In this document: positions 23,741 to 34,180 of the stretch, one piece after another | Position numbering within the stretch: position 1 is the stretch's first letter | Layout of the letters: the number at the start of each line of letters is the position of its first letter | NCBI GenBank assembly: GCA_965287045.1 | Contig: OZ336900.1 | Span: 12,896,001-12,960,000, forward strand | Direction of reading: 5' to 3' | DNA from: Carcharhinus amblyrhynchos | Lineage: Eukaryota | DNA length: 64,000 nt | Position numbers and translations under genes: made by a program | The notes under the pieces: generated by a model | Database searches by the model: none | Told to the model about the DNA's origin: nothing | The model's input: only the letters and a program-made list of their open reading frames with translations

Positions 23741-26700
23741 AAAACTTGCAATGATGGGATATGGGCTGAGGTAAATCAATCAATCTAAAATTTGGCACAT
23801 TGCATACACATGGGATTTACTGCTCAACCAGCATGTGTTTTGTGGCAACAGGAGGCAGCCAGCCCTTAGCCAGCAGTTGGATCCTCTGGTCCCGCTGTTA
23901 ATGGGATTTTCTGTTGAATGTGAAACCGCGATGGGTTCAGTGGGACCAGAAGATATCACTGGCGTGAACAACCAAAAGTTGCAGGCAAAGTATATGGGCA
24001 TCTTATAAATATTGGACCATTATATTTGTTACATTAAATTTACATCACCTCTACATTTATATTTGCAATGAGTTTATAGCATCTTTTAGACTGTTTCTCT
24101 GCATCACTGTATGTGCAAACCTATAGTACCTGGACATCATTAGAAAGTTGAAACCTTGGGTTTTCATTCTTTAAGGCATCATTAGTTTGGCTTAAATTAT
24201 CACTCAAACTTTCCTGCAATGTCAGCAAGTGATTCTGTTTCTTACTCACTAATGTTTAAAACTATTATTTCATGCCCTTATAAAACTAGTTTCTAAAATA
24301 GAAAGCATTTAGTATAAGGACTTGACTAGACCTTTGGAATTCCCAGTCTCTTTTTATTGTAATCAGTTTTCATTACAGCTCTTTGATCCCTCATTTCTTT
24401 GTACACAACACTTCATCACCTTTATTCTGTGCCATAATTGCTTGTGAAAGATTTCTTCTTTGATAGAGGTTGGATGCCAAATCACTATTGGAAAGTGCGT
24501 TGAAAAGTGTTATATGTGCAGGCTGCTTTAAAAAAATCCATACACCTGCAGAAGCAAAACAATTTTTCATAGATATGACATATCTATCACCCCTCTGCAG
24601 GATATGAACTGTTCTGTGTTGCTTAATAGTGAGGGCTTTGCATGGTGGAATACTAAGTGCTGAAAGAAATTTGTAGCATGTTACACACTGTCTGGCAGCC
24701 TTCCCTGACCTCATCTCATCTAGCCCTCTGATGATTCACAATTTGTGTTCCAGAGGGCTCATCACTCTGGCTGAGAGAGTGCCTGGATGGGCCCTGTCTC
24801 TGCTCTCTGTCACACTGTCAGTCAGGTGTGTCTGTCTCCCATCACCTGCTGACAGCGCCACATGCTTCTCAATTACTGACTAGCCGCTCTTTTCATTGCA
24901 TTTCAGAAACCAATGATGTTGTTAATTTTAAGCTTGTTTATATGCCAGGGTTTCAGGACCTCACTCCTCAAATTTCTAAATATCTCAAAACTAAAGTAAG
25001 TGATTCCAACACTGGCAAAAATATAAAAGCTCCTACTTCGGCACCACACATTTTTATCAACATCAGAAATAATAATATCCATCAATGATCTGCCAAGTCC
25101 CAAGTGGGTTGGGTGGAGAACAAAGACATAACTGTCTCTCTCTGCTGCAGTTACAAGGAGATGTTGATGTACCTGCCATTCAGGTGCAAATAGTATCATC
25201 ATGACTGCATAAATCAAGGCTTTCAACCACTTTAACACCACTTTGAAAATGGGCAACGTTCAGCTATTCTGCTGGTTTTGAGAGCAAACAGAATTTGGGA
25301 GGCTGTAATCAACAGTAAAGCAGACAGCAACAAGAGACAAAAGGGAGCATTAACTATGTTAGTTATACTTGCCATTGGTATAAATAGGTGAGGTGATGAT
25401 TAATGACTTGAGGGAAAGAATTAACCGGTATGATGAGCAGAGACAAAGCCTGTCTGCTCAGTTGCCCACAAACAAGACATGATGCATCCATATAGCTGCT
25501 GGATGTGAAAAACAAAAAAGTCAACTTAATGGACAGCACATGAAGACTTAATTTAACCCTGTCATTATAATGTCTTCAGAGCTTTATTAGCACTTTGACA
25601 TTTGCAGATGATGAGGTCAAAGAGGCTGAAAACACACATTTGTTGAAAAAACTTTCTACAGTCAGACAGGAAACTATATGGGAAAAAAGATGAATACGGG
25701 GAAGGGGACCAAAAAGAACCTTTCAATACCCAAGATGTCAAGTGTGCCAAAATTGAGTTAGCAAAAAGAACTTATTTTGTGTCCTAACAAAGAGTGAGAG
25801 GCAACAAGCTCAAATATCTCAGCAGGGATTTCTCTACAAGGGCTTTTCACACAACTACAGCATTATGGAAAGATCTCAATTCTAAAACTAAAGCAACACA
25901 ATGTACAGCATTTTGCATTGAAAATAAAGTGCAAGTCCATGAAGTTTAAGAAAATTACCTTGAATAAAATTTGTAAAAATCTGTCAAGGAAAAAAGTAAC
26001 TTTATTAAAAGAATTAGAAGATAAACTTTCCTTATTATAAGCATTTCCTTATTATTAATAGTTTGGAGAGTTTGTGTATCTCCCAGTTAACGAGGATATA
26101 ATGGTTTTCTCCCTCAGTTCTCTTTTGGGGCAAAAAGCAGGTAAATGCTTTAGTAGAAACTCAAAACTTTTCTAAATCAATAAATTAAAAATGAGTTTAG
26201 CTTAGTGTAAGAATTGCAGCTGTTTCAGCAAAAGGAAAGATTGGAAACATCCAATCAGGAACTTCAAGTGATATTAAGTCACAATACTACAATGGATGAA
26301 TACTAAATAATGACTATTCCTCATGTGAAGTTACATTAGTGATCACAACTGCTACATTTACATTCTCTAACTTAGAACTGGAAGCTAGGGAGTTTTTGAA
26401 AACTCATAAAAAAGACATAAAAATCATAAATATTAATGACTTGGGACTGATATGATAGAGTGCTTGTATGTGTCATAATATTAAATGTCAAAATACTACT
26501 AAGCATTTATACAATAAAATATTCTAAATCATCCAAGTTTTTTTCAGTTTATGTGAAATGTTTTATAAAATTGAGCAGACCAATAGTTAATACAAATCAT
26601 TAAGCATATTACTGTCAAACTTCAGAAGAGTGATTTTAAAAGTAATTAATCAATAATGTTTTAATCCTTCACATTGAAATACTACAGCCTAAGAAGAATA

Positions 26701-27744
26701 ATCACTTTAAGCAGTTGCTCTGGTCTATATTACAGGGCTAAAAGGACAATCTTGTAAGAATGGCAAAGTGACATACAACAGTTCAAAATTTGATACGGAA
26801 TATAGAACTGAACAGACATTTTAATCTTAGTTACCCTCAGATGAACAATTGGTTGTAAAATATTAGGTCTATTCCTTACTCCAATGGAGAATTCATAATC
26901 TCCTTTACAGCTTTTAGCTTTCATCATATTTAATGGATTACTCTGAAGTGCAGATGACAGGAACTATTTAAAACATAGTCACATTGATTCTATTATGACA
27001 GCAAACTTATTGAGTTTACAGACCTCAGACAGAAAACAACTCATCTTGAAGCAACATCCTACATATAACTGTAAACTCTGCAGATTCTGCTGACTTACTC
27101 CCCTTCTAATATCGATTTTAAGAACTTGTGTGGATCCCAGTGTTTTTATTAAACATAAATATCACAAGAACTCTTCTTGTGCTTTAGAATTAGCTCTCAG
27201 TTTTGAGGGCCATCACGGAGAAGCACCTTAAATGGCATGAAACCCAAACACCTACAATTTGGAAATAAACCAAGGGTGTATTTATGCTACAACTCCACTG
27301 TCTCTGTGAAGTAGTTTCCACTATACAGCAATTGTGAAGTTGCAAAGATGTCACAGCTGCAGTAAATCCTAAATGAGGACCCAACTAAGCGCAAAGAGAA
27401 ACATTGAAAGACTCCCTACAGAATTCTTTGCTCTTACTCTGCATGGAGTGCAACTCAAGTGTGGCCTCAAGCCAGATTCTAAAAATTCTCACAGACATCT
27501 CGAAACCTTAGCTGAAATTAATTCACATGATTAAACAATGTATACAATACATAACAGTCTTTGAACATTTAAATTTTGCACATGTGCGGCACACCTAAGC
27601 AAAGATCTTTCCTAGGCACAACTGCAATTCAAGTTGGACACAGCACAACTACCATTCTTTAATGTGTGGCTGCAAAAACATGCAACACTAAATGATTATC
27701 AGGAAAAAAGTCACACAGCAATGTGGTGTGGACAGATGTACAGC

Positions 27745-27875
27745 TTGAATTTTAATTTGATTTATTATTGTCACATCTATTAGTATGCAGTGAAAAGTAT
27801 TGTTTCTTGCATGCTGTACAGGCAAGGCATACCATTCATAGAGAAGGAGAGAGTGCAGAAAGTAGTGTTACAGTC
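27745..27875 (-). mobile_element. LINE 3' tail fragment (Rex1/Babar- or L2-like)
   Basis: Reverse complement of 40280-40413 (CAAGAAACAATACTTTTCACTG...ACAATAATAAATCAAAT). Confidence 0.65.
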
Positions 27876-28764
27876 TCTGCTACATTGCAATATTATTAAC
27901 GCACTGAGGGAGTTTAGAGAACAGACAAGTTGACATTCAAAATAAAAAATTGGATTCAGGTAAATCTTGTTGCCCAATTGTTTGTGGTAAAACTGACAGC
28001 AGGACAATCAGGGAATGTAGTCAGGGAAAAATAAAGGAATTTTATATCATAAAATTGTAAGCACAAGGTTATGATGTATTCTAATTGTTTAACGGAGGAA
28101 AGCACTTTGTGATGTGGTATTAGGCTATCTAGGTCAGAAGAAAGGTTAATCCTATTTTCTGATCCACATAAAGCAAGGGTGTATATTTTTATTTTTTTGC
28201 TGGCACAAAACTGAAGCTGCTTTACATCAATACAAGGTGACAACAATTTACATTTATTTAATTCTTTTCAGAACATCCCAAGGAGCTTCTTAAATAAATG
28301 CCAAAATAATGGATAACAAGACAGCAAAGGAACTTTTAAAATGGATGATCAATTTTGACTGAAATAATGAATTGTAAGGGATGTTTTGAGGCTAAGTGAC
28401 ACCAAACAAATGGTTAAGCTCACCTGGTCAGTTATTGAGACACTGGGCGTGGGCAGGCCATAGAGGTCAAGAACATGAATAAGGCTTCTCTGCATTCAGT
28501 GAATGTTGCATGCATCCCAGTTGTTCTGAAGCACTGCGGAGTCCAACTGGCTCTGTGTAGAGAATCTTTCAATACCTTTGCACGAATTTTAAGGACCATT
28601 TTAAAATGTCTATAATGTTTCTTTGACTGTACTGAAGCATCTCAGAGTGTTACGTTGTGTGCGCAAAAATTTTGAATATCATTGCACTGTATGCGACGGC
28701 CAGTTGGGAATATTTGGAATGCTCTTGTAGAGATTTTATGAATATAATCTATTTTTGGAAAGAA

Positions 28765-28982
28765 ATAGTTTTTCGGCCTTTTGGCTAAGATCAAGCATTG
28801 GATCAAGCCTAAGATGGAATGCAATGCCTTATTTTGTCAGCTTGGATCTTGTTTGTTTCTCTTGTGAGGACCATGAATTAGATTCAATTTGAATGTGAAT
28901 TTTTCAGCAAGCAAAGACATACAGTTGAGTCTGCCTGGTCCACTCTGACAATTGTCTTTTTAGCTTTAAGAATGGAGTAAAA
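28765..28982 (+). mobile_element. U2 snRNA-derived repeat, copy B (starts at U2 +1)
   Basis: ATAGTTTTTCGGCCTTTTGGCTAAGATCAAG vs U2 ATCGCTTCTCGGCCTTTTGGCTAAGATCAAG (23-nt exact match at 28773-28795); later GTCAGCTTGGATCT, GAGGACCAT, AATTTTTCAGCA and GTCCACTC follow U2 order. Confidence 0.85.
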
Positions 28983-28995
28983 TGTTTTTTAAAAA

Positions 28996-29147
28996 ATCAA
29001 GCATAGGATCAAGTGTGAGATCAGGTGTAATGTTTAAACTTGTCAGCTTGGATCTAGCATATCTTTCTTGAAGGGACCATGAATTGGACTCAATCTGAAT
29101 TTGAATTGGTTCTTGGAGGAAGTTAGGGGATGGATTAAGGGCTTACC
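28996..29147 (+). mobile_element. U2 snRNA-derived repeat, copy C (5'-truncated, tandem to copy B)
   Basis: ATCAAGCATAG-GATCAAGTGTGA-GATCAGGTGTAA...GTCAGCTTGGATCT...GGGACCATGAATTGGACTCAAT...GGTTCTTGGAG. Confidence 0.7.
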
Positions 29148-29746
29148 ATTTGGAACTCTGAGAAAGGAATTAACTTTTTTGTAAATGGGTGGGGGAGTTT
29201 ATATTGCTGGAGAAATTTAGAGAAATCAGAAGTTGATGATTCAAGTAGAGAGGGAAGAAGAGCTGCAGTGGAAGTGGAAATTGTAATCATTGAGATTGAG
29301 AAAGAAAACTTGGGGTGGGCAATATAGCTACGGCCTTAATCTATTTCAATATAAAAGCAATAATAAGCTGGTCTTGGCTACTCTGGACTACTGAGACTTT
29401 AAAATCAGCTAATGTCTGCACACCTAATTGTATTCAAGTGTTTCCTACCGGTAAGTTCAGAGGTATGATACTGACCAACTCCGGCTAAAATAACCTATAA
29501 ACTATCGAATGCCTAAATGCACCACCAAAGCTTATTAGATATATAGCTAGTGTACTGAGGTACTACAGACCTGCCAGCTTGTTTTTCGCTCAGTAGTTTC
29601 AGTAGAGAAGGGAAGTAAACATTGAAGATATCAATTCATAGTATTTTCAATCTACACAAGCTTGAACTTAATTCACAAGTTTTAAAGCACATGCACAATA
29701 GTGCTTTCCTATGACTGAGGTCAGTAATAACAACAATTCTTAAGCT

Positions 29747-30187
29747 CATAAGACCATAAGATACAGGAGTAGAATTAGGCCACTTGGCCCACTGAGTCTG
29801 CTCCACCATTCAATCATGGCTGATACCTTTCTCATCCCCATTCTCCTGTCTTATCCTCATAACCCCTGTTCCCCTTATTAATCAAGAACCTATCTCTACC
29901 TTAAAGGTACTCAATAACTAGGCCTCCACAGTCTTCTGCGGCAAAGAGTTCCACAGATTCACCACTCTCTGGTTGAAGAATTTCTCCTCATCTCTGCTTA
30001 AAGGATAGTCCTGAGGTTGTGCCCTCTGGTTCTAGTTTTTCCTACTAGTGGAAACAACTCTGTAGATTTGTTAATGTGACTTACTTGTGACTAATAAACA
30101 AACTTTAAACATCCTCTCCACGTCCACTCTATCCAGGCCTTGCAGTATCCTGAAAGTTTTAATAAGAACCCCCCTCATCCTTCTAAA
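29747..30187 (-). mobile_element. CR1 LINE 3' fragment with a short SINE-tail insert at ~30058-30107
   Basis: CATAAGACCATAAGA tail, GAGTTCCACAGATTCACCAC, CCCCCTCATCCTTCTAAAC; collinear with 5500-5910. Confidence 0.85.
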
Positions 30188-31220
30188 CAAATTGTCTGCT
30201 GTGTATACGCAATCAAAACAATTTCCGATATTTGCAATTTTAGCTTCTTGCAAAATTGGCAGGTTGGTGGGAAGAAGTCAGATAAGACATAATTTAAAAT
30301 TCCAAGTTTAGTTTATATTTTTGCCACAACTTATATACAGAAATAAAAGAGTAGCTCACAGAATGGTGGAGCCAATTAAAGAAAAAGTGAAACATTCTTG
30401 TGCATTAATGAAGTTCAGGATGAGAAACATGCAGCTGTCTTCATAAAAGAGGATAAAGCTAATGTTGCAGTGGAGGGATGGTGGGGAGCAGAGTTATTGG
30501 AAAGAATAAAAATGGAAAGGAGGTACTAAAAGGTTGCCATCATTAAGTTAACAAGTCACTCAGTCCAGATGGATGCAATTTGGTTGCTGAGCAAAGTTAG
30601 AAGATAGAAAAAGCACTGTTCAAAATCTTGCAAGTTTCTTTGGATATAGGAGTGAAAAGAAACAACAGATGGATTATAAACGTTGCCTTCTTTTTCAAAA
30701 ATGCGAGAGGAATAAATTGTAATTTTCGGCAAGTTGGCCTAAAGTCAGAAGTAAACTGCTAGAGACCAGGAGGAAAGTTTATTCTCACTTGGAGAAGTAT
30801 AATTTAATAAGAGACAGCACAGATTTGTTAATAGCCACTTGGTCTGGTTAACTTGGTTGAGTGATTTGACAAAGTAATAGACAGAGTTGGTTAAGGTGGT
30901 GCAGTAGATGTTATATATGTAGCCTTTCAAAAACATTTGATAAAGTACCACATAACAGGTTAATTTGAAAAACAGAAGCACATTATGTCAAAAGGATGGT
31001 GGGAACTTGGGTACGTACTTGGTTAAGAGCTAAGAGGCAGGATACTGGTCAACAGTTGTTTTTTCTGACTGGAAGAAGGCATGCAGTGAGGTCCCCAATG
31101 TATTATCAGGATTGTTGCTTTTTTAGTTATGTATAAATAACCTGGACTTGGGTATAAGGAGTACAGTAAAAAGTCTGACAACACCAGGTTTTAGTCCAAC
31201 CTATTTATTTGATAATATTC

Positions 31221-31258
31221 TCACAAGCTTTCGAGGGGTTACCCTCTTCGTCAGGTGA
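31221..31258 (-). ncRNA. Minimal type-I hammerhead ribozyme motif (mirror copy)
   Basis: Exact reverse complement of 31284-31321 within the palindrome. Confidence 0.7.
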
Positions 31259-31283
31259 ATGGAGAGTTCTGCATTCTCTCCAT

Positions 31284-31321
31284 TCACCTGACGAAGAGGG
31301 TAACCCCTCGAAAGCTTGTGA
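31284..31321 (+). ncRNA. Minimal type-I hammerhead ribozyme motif
   Basis: UCAC-CUGACGA-A-GAGGG(UAAC)CCCUC-GAAA-GC-UU-GUGA: intact CUGANGA/GAAA core, 5-bp stem II, stem I UCAC/GUGA, palindromic AGCU in place of stem III. Confidence 0.7.
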
Positions 31322-31859
31322 GAATATTATCAAATAAATAGGTTGGACTAAAACCTGGTGTTGTCAGACTTTTTACTGTGTTTACGCCAGTCCAACGCCG
31401 GCATACCCACATTATAAGGAGTACACCATCCCTCCATTGGGGCAACATTGGAAATAGTGAAGAGGATGGTAGCAGATTTCAGAAGGACATAGATTGCTGC
31501 AAATAGCACAACTGCAATTTAATATAGTCAAGTGTGATGATACGCGTTGGACAAATAACGTCAAAATGCAGAATAATCTAAATGGTATTATTATGAGGTG
31601 GTGCAAAAGCAAATGGTCCTGAGGGATGATGTTCACAAATCCTTACAAGTGGCGAAGTTGATAGGGTAGGTATGAAAGTATACAGGAAGTTTGGATTGGT
31701 AAAAAGGGACATTGCATGTAAGAATAAAGAGATCATCCCAAACCATTGGTTAGGCCTCAGTGGAGTATTGTGAATAATTCTAGGAATCATAATTTACAAA
31801 GGGTGTCAAGACCTTGGGCAGGATACAGAGGACATTTACTAGGATGTCAACTCCATCCC

Positions 31860-33420
31860 ACAACACCCAGTTAGAGACAAACTCAGAACTCTACCAAAGT
31901 CTTTACACGAATGAGGAACAATAAAGAAGCAGGAGGTGATGGAACCCTCGCTGAAAGCTTTAAGCACAGAGGAGAGGAGCTAACATTACATCCCCTCACC
32001 CTCCACATCTGGAATGAAGAGACAATCTCAAATATCTCAAGGGCATTTTAATTGTGATAATCTTCAAGCAAGAGAAACAACAAGGAGAATTCAACAGTGC
32101 AAATTACAAAGGTTTCTGTTTTCCACAGCAGGAACGAGCATTGCAAGAATCCTTCTAAACCAATATATTATACTTCCTGGAGAGCAACTGCCTGAATCTC
32201 AATGTGGGTTTTAGCCATCAAGAGGCATGACCAACATGATTTTTACAGCTTGCCAATGAACAACATCAAATTCTCTACATACCATCCTTTGTCTTGACAA
32301 ATTTCTTCAACTCTGTAAATTATGAGGAAATCATGAAGAAGATGCTGTTGAAACGTGGATACCCTCCAATGTTAGTTTCCATCCTTCACCTGCTTCATAG
32401 TGACTTGCGAGTGTGGATCCTGAACAATGGATCCATTATGGCCTTCTTTAAGATTAGGTTGTATCGTTGCTCCAACTCTTTTTTGATCTTCCATGCTGCT
32501 ATGATCTATCCAACTGAGACATATTCTTTGGAGTGCAGCTTATTTATTGAATGGATAGTTAACTATTTAATCTCTGATAGCGGCAATCAAAAACTAAGAT
32601 TATCCCAACCTGTTATTGAGCTTCTATATGCTGATGAGCCCTCAGTAAGTGCCGTGTTGAAAATGGATCTCCAGAGAATCATTGACGTATTTACTGTGGC
32701 GTACGAGAAGATGGAACTTACAGTCAACTTTCAGAACACTAAAGCCCTCCATCAGCAAGCTCCAATTGCACACACCCCAGTCCCACTGATTAGGATTCAC
32801 AATGAGTGCTGGGAAAATGTGGAACACTTGGAGATTATCTATCACAGATGACAGACATTCAAAAGGAACTCCAGCATCGCTTGAAATCTGCTGGTGCAGT
32901 CTTCAGTAACTGAAACAAGCAAGGGCTTGAAGATTGCAACAGCAAAACTGAAACCAAGCTCGTGGTTTACCATGTGGTTGTGATGCCTACCTTACTGTGC
33001 AAGTTGAAAAATGGACAATGCACTGGAGGCATCTCAAGCACTGGAGTTAAACCATCAACATGGTTATGATCTTACATAGTAAGTGGGAGGACAGACACAC
33101 CAATATCAGTGCCCTCCCACAAGCAGGCACCACAAACATTGAAGCTATGATCATTCACCATCAGCTTCTTTGACTTGTTCATATAGTTCAGATGCCAAAT
33201 TCCACGCTCCTAAAGCAGGCCTTCTTCTTCCAGCTCAGTCAGGGCAGATGCACCAAGGGAGGACAAAAGAAGCTCTTCACAGACATGCTGAAAGCATGAA
33301 CATACGCAACTTATACATCAAGTCTTGGAGGCCATCACCCAGGATTGAACCAGACGACAGCAGAGTCTGTGGGAAGGATTTGAGGATTTGGAGATTGACA
33401 ACAACAAAATGAAGAGGGAA
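31860..33420 (+). mobile_element. Degraded RTE-clade LINE
   Basis: KEAGGDGTLAE (APG.DG.PAE), LPESQCGF, ELLYADE, LTVNFQNTK and C-terminal QLSQG..HQGRTK-like remnants; many stops. Confidence 0.8.
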
Positions 33421-33960
33421 AGAGAGTATCAAAAAAAACAAGCCATGATCCAATGGATGACCTCATTGAATAACAGGCCAGAATTTGAGGTGCATAAACA
33501 CATCTTGTGTTACATAATTAAAATGAATATAGTCAAGTGAATTGCTGAAGTACTTTGACTTAGATATTTACTGAACTAAAAACATTACTGATATGAAGCC
33601 AATAAAACAATTACTTTACACAGATACATAGTTACTGAACTTACTCAGGCCCAGATTGCTGCTATGATGGAGAACCACTGTTTCCTGGCAAAAGTAGCGA
33701 AAATCTCAAAAATTCCCAAATGTGGAACTTCCTATTTTTGTGGGGGACTGGGATCAGGACACATTTTGTGCATGCACGTCTTAGGATGGCAGCCGGCTAT
33801 TTAAATCATCAGCTACTTCCATTGAAATGCAAATACCAAAACTCAAAACCTATGCTCCCTGCCTCTGAGCTTGATACTTAACGAAAAGAGCTACAGATAA
33901 ACCAATTCATGGAAGCATTGATCATGTGGTCACATGATTGAAACTAACTTCACATAACAA

Positions 33961-34180
33961 ATTCACTCTGCCTGTTGAAGTGGTGGAGGCTACCTCGCTA
34001 AATATATTTAAGACGTGGGTAGATAGGTTTTTGGTAGGCAAGGGGATTAAAGGTTATGAGGAGAGAGCAGGAAAGTGGAACTGAGCCACTTCAGATCAGC
34101 CATGATCTTATTGAATGGCAGGGCAGGCTCGAGGGGTTAGATGGCCTACTCCTGCTGCTATTTCTTATGTTCTTATGTTC
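33961..34180 (+). mobile_element. CR1 LINE 3' end, same family as 5496-6466
   Basis: GTTGAAGTGGTGGAGGCTACCTCGCTAA...GATGGCCTACTCCTGCTGCTATTTCTTATGTTCTTATGTTC. Confidence 0.9.

Larger units (their letters stand above)
31163..31412. mobile_element. Fold-back Penelope-type element: perfect 104-bp inverted repeat plus 33-bp tail, with 13-bp TSD
   Basis: Arms 31163-31266 and 31276-31379, loop TTCTGCATT; TATAAGGAGTACA at 31153-31165 and 31413-31425. Confidence 0.9.
30480..31850 (+). mobile_element. Old, heavily degraded CR1 ORF2 (RT) relic, interrupted by the palindrome
   Basis: Remnants of S.GPDG (CACTCAGTCCAGATGG), QH.F (CAGCACAGATTTG), DV.Y..FQK.FDKVPH (GATGTTATATATGTAGCCTTTCAAAAACATTTGATAAAGTACCACAT), YIN.LD and LEYC..F. 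Confidence 0.75.

Noticed and set aside
28765-28982. Functional U2 snRNA gene
   Set aside because: The branch-site recognition sequence GTAGTA is lost, there are insertions and heavy divergence, the U2 3' stem-loop is not recognisable, and no PSE/DSE promoter was identified upstream.
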